Shown here in pieces: positions 50,865-61,500 of a DNA stretch of 64,000 nt (position 1 is the stretch's first letter; each line of letters opens with the position of its first letter). The position numbers were made by a program, and so were the translations under genes. Source of the DNA: Nemertoderma westbladi (taxonomy: Eukaryota; Animalia; Xenacoelomorpha); the NCBI GenBank assembly GCA_032718475.1, contig JAUCBJ010000517.1, positions 22,948-86,947 on the forward strand, read 5' to 3'. The notes under the pieces were generated by a model. The model saw only the letters and a list, made by a program, of their open reading frames with translations. It searched no databases and was not told the origin of the DNA.

Positions 50865-53449
50865 CCTAAACGAACTTCAATTATCGCCTTTCATCCATAT
50901 ACCGGTATACTAATATAGTTGGATATAATCCAGTTTAAAACACATCGTATGTTGCATTTGAGTAATGTAAATACGACTGAGGTCATTCAATTAAACATGA
51001 ATCAATTAATTATCGTTTGAGATGTATAGTACCCCACCCCCTATATGCAACTCAAGCAAGTACGTAAAGTACAAACCCATCAGTCACTGGGTGTTCTAAT
51101 AACGCAAAAAAATATTATCATTTAAATTGCTTAACACATTTTACAGCGCAAGGCCCGCCGCACACTAGAGATGCATCGAATTTCATTTTATACTGTATAT
51201 TGATAGCTTTTATGATATATATTTATTTTAATGTATATTTCAAATAATTTATTATGTATCTTGCATCTCTAATGTACGGCGGGCCTACCATGACATACCA
51301 CACAATCTATCCCATACCGCCCAACCCTACAACATATAACATTTAGGTCGCAGAGGTGTCTATTTCAATTTCACTTCAGTAAATCCATATTCTTCATTAA
51401 AACTAACAAACAGTTGTACAGTGAAATCTTTATGAAACTGAAACTTTTATTTTATTGTAAAACGCTGCAACAATGAAACCAAGCAACTATCACCCGTTAA
51501 CTCTAATTGTAATTATAATCAGTATAATCTAATCACACAACACGCGTCATAATTATAATATGTTAAGGACCCCTAATAGAGTACAGCGTCTATTGCATCA
51601 ATACATTATAAATTCAAATTTTCTAATAATTGCTTACAAAGAAATTTAATTTTTAACATAAAGAAAAGTATAGAAACATTGATCAACCCAATTGAATAAT
51701 TAATAATATTGTCAATAAATGAGTATAATTATTCGAATTAAATTATTGCAGTATAATTTCGATTTCCAAAATGAATGTTTTTGCTTCCGAAAGCAAAGCA
51801 ATTCCAAAAAGGGTTTATTTACAATTAATTGTGAAGTAGATGTTAAGCTAAAAATAAACGACAGTGATTCTGGACAAAAAGTTAAAGAAATAATAGACAC
51901 GTCAACACAAATTTATGAATGGTAAGTAAGGCGGGAGTAATTGAATTAATTGCTTAATTATTATTGACTTTATCAGATTGTAATTTATTAAGGGGTGGCT
52001 TTCCGGCTGGGGTATACGCTACTTGTCAGTGTAATCGCGATACATCTTGAATAAATAGACGAGATTTATTTCCCCCATTTAGATAAAATTAATTAGAACA
52101 TAAACGTTATGCAATCTTGGGACTGGATGAGTAATCCCATTGTTTGTTTGAGATAAAATAAATTATTAAGTTATATTAATTCTGTCGATGATTACCATTA
52201 TCCATAACAGATATCGAATTACTTGAAAACGTTCGTGGGGATATAAGTAATTAATCTAATAGCAAATGGTAGACGAGCGTATAGTCAGGTAAACCTAACT
52301 AAAATGTCTAAAGATATTTGAATAAATTAGAATGCCTTAAAATACTTAAATAAATAAAAACATACCTTATAATAGTTCTCATGACTTTTTGGAAATAACT
52401 CGTCCGATTTCGTGCCTAATCCGTGGCGGTCTAACTGCGGTAGAATACTAGATTTCCTTTCCCTATCTTAGAATTACTTTCCTATCTATCTTTAGTATTT
52501 AAACTTCTGTGAATGAAGTTGAGGTAGTTTCTGTAGTTACATTTACTTGGTTAATACCATCTCGCATACAACACTCCGGCTTCATAATATATTATTATAA
52601 AGTTTATGTATGAAGCTACCGTAGTAACTTTTGGACTCTATTCAATGAAGTTCCATACTCAGCTTACCGCTATCCTATATTGTTTCTCAGTGATTGAAGT
52701 TTAGTTGAGAAACTGAAACTTAACTTACAGATATATGTTTGTGATCACAAGTTACTTTTACCATACCCCGTTAAAGCTCTGGTCTTGGTATATGCCCCAA
52801 ACACAGGCACCTGGTTGGTCGATGTCACAAGCACATCTACCTGGTCTATGTCCCAAGGATATGCACCAATCACACCACATAGCGGGTAGAAATACGTTTT
52901 CCAATCTTTGAACGCCTTATGTCTCAGATGTATCTCAACGAAATTCAAACATTGTTACATATTTGGAATCCTTACAACGCAAGCTTTCTATTGATGTGAA
53001 AAAATTACGGCGAATGTGACCGCGATACGAAGGGGGCGATTTCGCAATTAAAGACACTTATGATAAATATTATAATATACTGATATAATATATGATAAAT
53101 ATTTGTATTGTATAAAAACAAGGGGTATCTGGGGGGTGGGTGTGTTACTGATAGATATTCATTGAGAAAAAACTAAAAAGTGTAGAATTATAATTCTGTT
53201 TGCTTCAAAAAAATAAATAATTGTGGTTGTAATGATGATGAGTCAAACCCACAACCAAAAAATAATGCACCAAATAATATAGAGTAGTCTACCTTTTAGA
53301 ACATTATAAGTATATATTGGTAGTAAAATATGTTCAATTTTCGAATAATATCAATGTGGGTTTCCTGTTTGGTAAACTACCAAACAGTTTTATAAAGTAC
53401 CATATTACACGCCCAAATTATGAACACATAGAAATAAGATTATATTAAA

Positions 53450-55363
53450 TTACTTGTGATGAAAAACCTTCATGTGTTCTGCGAACTGGTGTTCGCAGTC
53501 CAAGGAAATCTCGCGAATATCCGTCTGAGTGTAAGCGAGTTTATAGAGAACAAGAACCACCAGGAAGTGAAGTATAAGTGTATAAAAGAATGTCACTGTT
53601 CGCGGAATCTTATTGGAAAGAATAAACTGTCCGATACTGAAAGTAATTCGTTCGAACGGACTCATACTGGCGAAGCGTTTGTAGCGCTCGCGCTTGTTGA
53701 ACCTGGTGAAGGGGTTGAGTTTGTCCTCGTAGTCTTGGCTGTATTGTCGGGACGTGTCGTCCATATCGAGTTTAGTGTCGTCCTGCTTACCGGAGTAGGA
53801 CTGTAGGAAACGAACTTTCTCGTAGAGTTTAACGTTATCCTTTCGCATCGTTTCCACTTGTTGAACCATTGAGGAGACCTGAACCTCCAACTGTTTGTTC
53901 TGAACTTCGAGCTGCTGACAGCGGAGTTTAAACCGCTCCCGTTGACTGGAAACTATGCCAAACAAACTCTTGTTACCGACTTCGGGCTCGGCCTCTGTCT
54001 CCAGCACGGCGTTCTCTATAACCTCGGTGTGCTTGCTGGAAGGGTCGGCGGCGCCATCTGCCTCCGGCCTCCGGTACAACGTCTGCAGATTCTCCACATC
54101 CGCCTCCAACCTCGCTATCAACTCCTTCTGATCTCCTTCCAGTAGCTTCCCGCTCCTAACCTCGCCAGCCAACCTATCGGCCTGCTCTCTAAGCTCGGTC
54201 ACCTGTATCCGCAAGGTGGTCGCTTCACTCTGCAACCCTCGGTTCTTACCCATCAGCAGCCGCTCCAGACTCACGCCCTCATCCTCCCCTGGGAACTCCA
54301 ACGACTTTAACACATCGAGTTCTTCCCGAATCTCAGCGTAATCTCCCCGACTCTCTACAACCCTTCGCAGTCTCTCAACCTCCGACTCAGCTGCTAGCAG
54401 CTTCTCATTAATCTCACCAGTAGACACCTCGTTAGAGGTCCTCAGTAACTGACAATTAACAGTCTGTTGGGTTAACTCCTTCACTAACTCCGATATCCTT
54501 CGCTCCTTAGCAACCAACTCCTCCTGAACATCAACATCATCAACCGTCTCCACAACCTTCTCTTTGACTCTCTCCCCTACGCTTTCGAACTGCTTCTCTA
54601 GCTCTGCAACCCTCTGATTGGCTACCTCAAGATCCCACGCTAACAACCCAGCTTCAGACTCTTTGGCGTCCTTTTCATCATTATACTTTATCTCCAAATC
54701 GAACTTTTCCTTGGCCAACAGGTCTAGTTGGTTCTGCAACGACTTCACCTTATTATTGGCCTCGTTGACCTCTCTGTTGGACGTGTTAACCGCCTCTCTC
54801 GACCTTAACTCCTCCTTCTGATGACACCGAGTTAATTCCCTCTCTTTATCCCTAACAGCCGCCATTAATTCCCCCTCCTTCGATCCTTCCAGCTCATAGA
54901 TACGGCTATTCAGCGATGCTATGGTAACATCCTGGTTCCGTGCAGCAGACAGTTCAGTCTTAAGATCCGTAATGGTTTCTCTAAGATGTCCGTTTTCTAA
55001 TTCGATATCACCAACTCGTTGAAATCGTTTCTCTAAAGCCACTGCGTTCTCCAAAGAACGGACGGGATCCGGGGCATCTAATAGTCGTTTATAAACGTTT
55101 AACAGCGTGGTTTCGCCGTGTTTACAGCGTTTAGTTAGGGAATCGACTTCGCTTTGGAATGATTTAATTAGTGGCGCTAACTGCAAACACGCCTCCGGGT
55201 ATGCCTTCTTGAGATCCCGGCTCTGTTCTACGAGTTTCTTTCGAGATGCGTCGCTCTGATCCTGGCTTATTACCAAGTCGTCGACAAACGTGTCGAGTTC
55301 CTTTTGAAATGACGGCAAATTAAATAATCTCCAGAACTGAAGCATATCTTGAAATCCCGCCAT
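53450..55363 (-). CDS. CUX1: Golgin CASP (CUX1/Coy1 family), single exon
   Basis: W..FNL..FQKELD, SRKKLVEQSR, LIKSFQSEVDSLTKR, long coiled coil, IVSSQRERFK, DNVKLYEKVRFLQSY, YEDKLNPF, and a C-terminal TM FFYTLILHFLV with the conserved Y/H. No CUT or homeodomain. Confidence 0.93.
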   Translation of the reverse strand: MAGFQDMLQFWRLFNLPSFQKELDTFVDDLVISQDQSDASRKKLVEQSRDLKKAYPEACLQLAPLIKSFQSEVDSLTKRCKHGETTLLNVYKRLLDAPDPVRSLENAVALEKRFQRVGDIELENGHLRETITDLKTELSAARNQDVTIASLNSRIYELEGSKEGELMAAVRDKERELTRCHQKEELRSREAVNTSNREVNEANNKVKSLQNQLDLLAKEKFDLEIKYNDEKDAKESEAGLLAWDLEVANQRVAELEKQFESVGERVKEKVVETVDDVDVQEELVAKERRISELVKELTQQTVNCQLLRTSNEVSTGEINEKLLAAESEVERLRRVVESRGDYAEIREELDVLKSLEFPGEDEGVSLERLLMGKNRGLQSEATTLRIQVTELREQADRLAGEVRSGKLLEGDQKELIARLEADVENLQTLYRRPEADGAADPSSKHTEVIENAVLETEAEPEVGNKSLFGIVSSQRERFKLRCQQLEVQNKQLEVQVSSMVQQVETMRKDNVKLYEKVRFLQSYSGKQDDTKLDMDDTSRQYSQDYEDKLNPFTRFNKRERYKRFASMSPFERITFSIGQFILSNKIPRTVTFFYTLILHFLVVLVLYKLAYTQTDIREISLDCEHQFAEHMKVFHHK

Positions 55364-55709
55364 GATTGATTATACTGTCAGACTGTAATGCGATCAATTG
55401 ATTTCTGCCGGTACTTGGGTAGGTAACTGGGTAACGTGCCAGGCAGGCCTACCGTATCGGTAACTAGCTGACTAGTTGCTAGTCAAGTACCTGAGTACGC
55501 TTTGCATGCCTGCATGCAGGACACCATGATGCATAACATTGCTACTGTGCTACCGCGTTACCGGACTGCCGGACCGTCTGACTTGTAAGGCACAAACAGT
55601 ATTGCAATACAAGGCCTGCGGCTGCCTAGTCTGTCTGTATCAGCTTCAGCTATCACTATGCACTACCACTAGGACTTCACAGTACCCACAGACCCAGCTA
55701 CCACTGTAC

Positions 55710-58173
55710 ACGAGGCGTTAAAGTCTATACAAATCAATCCAGGTTTCAGCCAATCACAAAGGAGATGACGTAGGCCTATTACAACCGAATGTGGATTGAT
55801 TTGTATGGGCTTTAATGACCACCCACATTCTGTTAGAATCTATGCATTTCAATTTTTTACTTATAATTTAAATTATAACTTCAAGTCAACTGTATAGGCT
55901 ATATGAAAGAATATGAAAAATCTTTGCTAGACACTCTCATACTTGTTCTACATTATTATAATTATATAGATACATTTGTTATGCTTATAGTAAATTAACA
56001 GGTTAATCATACAGTAGCAAACCATTATCTGAAAGCCGCAGAACATTTAATCATACGTACAGTCAGTGCCGGATTAACCTTAAGGCATATAAGGCACGTG
56101 CCTTAGGGCCAGCCGAAAATACGGGCCATTTGTCCTCAACGAGTCATTCTTGTTAAAAAAATATTTTTATCTGAAAAGTCCACATTTTTTCTCACTAAAA
56201 TTTATAGAAAACAAAGCAAGATAGTGCATCTTTCGACTACTTTCTATCCCTAAATTTCTGATAGAAAGTGCAAATTTCTAGCTCAGTCGACCGACAGGTG
56301 CTGTGTTAGGCCGCGTTCACACCACTGCCCTCGTGTATTGAATTTTGCATTCGATGGCCTTTTAGGTGCAATTGCTGCAAAACCTAAAAGCATAATTGGG
56401 CAGCATAATTGAATTTGGTAAATTAAAATTAGTGACAAAAAGTACTTATTTCCGAGACTGTTCTCTATCGGAGAACATTTCTTTCTCAGCAGGTCCAAAT
56501 CTAGATCAGAAATATTATATCTTTGCACAAAGCCCACACTTTTGGTGTGTTATATTTCTCAGCAAGTCCTGTAGAGATAAGTATACCGTGCAAAACCTAC
56601 CCTACAGAAAATAAATAACACTTTCCCACGGTCCGATCAAAATTGCTAAATGCCTACAGGAGCCAGTCAGCCTTAAGGGGGCCAACTATAACCACCACAA
56701 ATTTTTGTAGTTTGATAGAAGGGATTTCATAAGGTGATATCGGTTTTCCACATTGAATTATTTTTTGACCTCAAAACTGCTCTTTTCAACAACATGATAT
56801 ATTGCTGATATTTATGACTCTGTATAAAACAACCTTTTTATCAGTTTGTCGATTTTGACTTTTTTCATCACTAAATTCCCTACTACTATTTTATTTTTTA
56901 CTCAATTGCCATCAAACATATACCAAAATGTTCAGCAGCTTTAGGACTATATATTAATATTTGGACTTAATATTTTTCGAACAAACGGTTTATGAAGCTA
57001 TCCATACTCAGTTTTCCTAGTACTGTATATAAAAGATCACAGATCATTGTGTTAAACTTTCAGAATAGTAGCTTTATAAATAAAACAAATAGATTTGGGG
57101 TAATGGTCCCATTAATATATTAAAAAATTTAAGCTTGAGAAATTCTACCAAAACCATTACACATTTTATAGCAAAGGTTTTATAGGCATAATATGCCGTT
57201 TAGTAATGTTACAATTCTCGATGAAAACTATTTTTGCAAAGTGGGCCTACTTATTATTAAAGTACTTGTAGTTATTTGCACGCAGTCAGTCATCCAACGA
57301 AAATACTTTATATTTCCTTCGCAACATTTTCACAATTTCAGTTGTTTTTAGCAGCTTTTTCTTTTGAAAGGGTTTGCGGAAAAATATCAATTTTCGGGCC
57401 ATTTTTATAAATTTTTAAAATGTGCCTTAGGGCCACCAGAGGCTTAATCCGGCACTGCGTACAGTATAAAATGTACAGTCAGATACAGTTAGTTAATGCG
57501 TAATCATGATCGCGGCCCGGTCCAATTACAACCGGCTGCAATCGATTGAGATATGCAGACATACTATTTTGTTCCATGTTAGTCGGTCTTAGGTATTTCT
57601 TCTTTTTTCTAATTTGTTTTTTTCGCGTTGTGTACAATTGCCGTCGGATTGAGGATATTCGGCGGTTCTGGGTGATAATTCGTTTATTATTAGGCGACTT
57701 TGTGAGTAGTGGTAATCGATGTGTTAAGGATTTTATAATGTTGTCAATGGCATTGTGAGCCATTATAATTTATTGCTGTGCGTAATTTTCGGGTTGTGCA
57801 ATAAAGCATTCAGTTTGTTCAGACGAGGCAGGGGGTACCCTACCTCCTTAGACGTAGACATGGCGGAGGTAGCCTCCCAGAACTGTTTAGGGATTCCAGA
57901 ATCTTCTTAGACCATCTTCCATCTAAGACCAGAAATTTCAGAAATTTAAGACCGTTCTAAGACCATCTGACTTACTTTAGTACTATTATGGGAAATAGTA
58001 GTGGGAAAGCAGTATTTAAATGAAAATAATTGAAATGTATAGATTCTAACAGAACATGGGTGGTCATTAAAGTCTATACAAATCAATCCACATTCATTTG
58101 TAATAGGCCCTACGTCATCTCCTTTGTGATTGGCTGAAACCCGGATTGATTTGTATAGACTTTAACGCCTCGT
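55710..58173. mobile_element. Non-autonomous MULE-like element
   Basis: ~145-bp TIRs starting ACGAGGCGTTAAAGTCTATACAAATCAATCC and 9-bp TSD CCACTGTAC (55701-55709, 58174-58182). Confidence 0.88.
56064..57457. mobile_element. Non-autonomous hAT-like element nested in the MULE
   Basis: TIR CAGTGCCGGATTAA and 8-bp TSD CGTACAGT (56056-56063, 57458-57465). Confidence 0.88.
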
Positions 58174-58210
58174 CCACTGTACCAGCAGACTACAGGACTA
58201 GTGCTGTAGT

Positions 58211-58486
58211 TGTGGCGACTAAAATACTGAAATATAGTTTATAGGCGGCAATCACGGTCCAATATTATTAAAAGGCGGCATAAAGTTAAGACAAGGTATA
58301 AACCAGTAAACGGTAACATAAATCGATAGGCCACAGGCAGACAAGTGACAAGGTACCACATAGTACATAATGATATTAGATCAGTACCGGTAACAAAGTA
58401 TATAGGAATAGGCATACAATATATCTAAGAGTTAGTCCGAGGCCATGGCAGGCACAGTATAATAATACATAGTATGAGTCACAACA
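58211..58486 (-). repeat. Probable 3' LTR of the BEL/Pao element
   Basis: Follows the polypurine tract GTGGGGGAG, begins TGTTGTGACT and plausibly ends AGTCGCCACA. The left boundary is inferred because the 5' LTR lies outside the window. Confidence 0.6.
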
Positions 58487-58505
58487 CTCCCCCACGTGCG
58501 ACACT

Positions 58506-61500
58506 TCAAGTGTTGCAAAATCCATAGTATTTGGGTTGTTTGACATTGCGACCAGAGCGCGTGTGACTGGTGCTAATTGCAGTTCTAGGAGGGGTTATAG
58601 GATCGGTGGGTGGGTGGTTGTGGGGGGTAGGGTCATCAACATCCAAGAGCTTGGGATCTGGTGGACACAGAACCCTAGATTGTTTAGGAGTGGTAGTGGT
58701 AGGGTGAATGGGGGTTATGTCAGGATTCTTGAGGCCCCCACGGTTAGGGTATGGTGAGTCACACTCTAAAGGGTAGAGTTTATTGGTTGCACGGGTTGTT
58801 ATGCGTTTATTAAGTCGAATTTCAACAGACCGACAGGAACCATCAGCACTTTGATACAGGCGATGGATTCGTGCTAAAGGCCAGCGATTGCGTGGTGAAT
58901 CTTGTTTCACCAATACTAATGCCCCCACGGTAGGAAGGGGGCCACTAGATCCTGTAGTACGCCATGGTTGCAGAGAAGCAATATAGCGTTGCGACCAATG
59001 TTTCCAAAATATCCGATTGGCCTGGTCTCTTTGTAATAGGGAATTACGTAAATGGGTAACGGTAATGGCAGATGGATCTAAGTCATTGTCAGTCGGTGGT
59101 GGCATCCCATACAAAAAACTACTTGGTGTTAGGGGATCATCATCTTCAGGATCCAAAGATACAGAGGTCAATGGCCGGGAATTCACCACTGACTCTATCT
59201 CCGTTATAACAGTTTCAAGTTGATTCTGTGTTAAATGGACTTGGTGACATGTCATCCGTAAACAATTTTTCACTGTCTTGACTAATCTTTCCCAATAACC
59301 ACCCCATTCAGGGCTACGGGCAGGAATATGATACCAAGACACCACATGTGAGGGAAACTTCATTGATGAAAGTTTGATAAACGTTTTTGCATTATCAGAA
59401 CGAAACTGAATGGCAGTTAATGGTGGCACACGTCGTGCCAGAAATCGTCGAAATGCTAAGTGAGAGGATTTGGTACCACAATCTGGAACAAGCTCCAAGT
59501 GGAGAGCTCTAATGCAGGCACATGTAAATAAAAGAATCCATACCTTGGCCCCATTCTTTAAATAGAGGTGTCCAAGGTAGTCAACACCAGTATATTGAAA
59601 TGGAGTAACAGCTGTAGTGCGAAAACTAGGCAGAGCTGACTCTTGTGAGTTATATGGCACAGTTCGGTAGCGATGACACTGTGGACAAGAAAATATAATC
59701 TTTCGTACAAGTGATCGCCCACGAGGTATCCAAAAACGGAGGCGAATTTGGCTGAGAGTTGCATCATATCCTTGATGATATAATATACTATGGACATTCA
59801 TAACAATGAGATAGGTAAGGTGACTCTTAGTTGGTAACAATGGTAATAACTTATCACTCCGGGTACGAGGGACTAGCATCAAAATCCCATCATGCAACCT
59901 TGGGTGAAATCTCCAGAGGGAGGATGACTTGGCAATTATAGCATCTGGTTTATTAGATAACGTTTGTATTTCATCTTGAAAAAAGCTGTGCTGCTCACTA
60001 ATGATAAGGTTATTCAGACTGGTTGTTCTTTCACGTGCAGTTAAACAACCAACAATGCGATCTGCTGGGAACCGGCAATTATGAACAAAGCGGTACATGA
60101 AAGCAGTTACCCGAACCAATGTATCGAGACTAGAAAATCTAGTAATTGGTATGGGATAGTCAGCAATGATATCAGGTTCACTGATAGCCAAAAGTTGAGG
60201 TGGTGGTGATGGAAACTTAGGCCAAGCTGATTCATCGTGTAGAAAACCGGGCCCAAACTTATAAAGATCAGAAGACTGTAGTATGGCAAGTGACCGGCCC
60301 CTGGAAGGAAGATCAGCAGGGTTATCTTCAGAAGGAACATATCGCCACTGGTCCTGGATATGTTCGGGCCGACTCATCTCTGATATTTCTTTAAGTCTAT
60401 TGGAAACGAATATATCTCTTTTATTTATACCTTTCCGGATCCACCATAAAACTGCCATGGAATCAGTCCAAATGACTAGTCGATGGGGTGAAAAAATTTC
60501 AATGGATATATGGTGAGCCAGTCGGGCGCCAATACATGCAGCTAAAAGTTCAAGGCGAGGTATGCTATGTCTTGGTTTTAAGGGTGCAACTCGAGACTTG
60601 CCAAAAAATAAACATGGTGGGTGTTCAGGGTGAATGACATACGCTAAACAAGCATAAGCATCTTCAGACGCATCACAAAATAAGTGAAGATCACATTGGC
60701 TATTAAGATATATGCACCTTGGAAAGTGAATAATGGGTTGATGTACATCTGACAGCCATGATTTCCAAGTTTCTTGAATTCCCTGCGAGACAACATCATC
60801 CCAATGGCCACCTTCAGACCATGACTTCTGTAGCAACAGACGGGGAATAATAGTCCAAGCACAGAGAAGACCTAATGGGTCAAATATCTTGGCAGACGAT
60901 CTAAGGAGGTGTCGGCGGGTGAAAGCTGGGGGTGAAGAAATTACACCAACATCAACATAGAGGGTATCAGAAGATACATCCCAGGGCATCCCTAAGACTT
61001 TCGAAGGTGAGGTTTCTGGTTTAAGTTCCATGGAAGCAAGGGCAAGAAGTTCAGAAGCATAAGACAGAAAATATGAAGCTTCATTTTCTGTATCTGCACT
61101 TGACACAAGGTCATCACAAAAGAAAGCTTTAAGAAGCTGTTGCACAATAGCTGGGTCAGCATATGTCAAGATATGGAATATGACAACATAGTGTAAATGG
61201 TATGGGCTAGAATTGACACCAAAGGGTGTCCTAATAAATTGCCAGGAAGTTCCATTCCATATCAACTTAACCCATTGTCGATCACTTGGGTGTAATTCTA
61301 TTTGGTGGAATGCAGCTTTAATATCTGCGATAATAGGATATGGCCGGAGGCGAAACCGCATCAAAATGTCAACCATTGAGGCTAACAAGTTAGGACCAGG
61401 GTCGAGACAATCGTTAAGGCTAATACCTCCTCTATCTCGTGAGGAACCATTAAAAACGATGCGGAATTTAGGAAATGGTTTATAAATACCATGATAAGGT

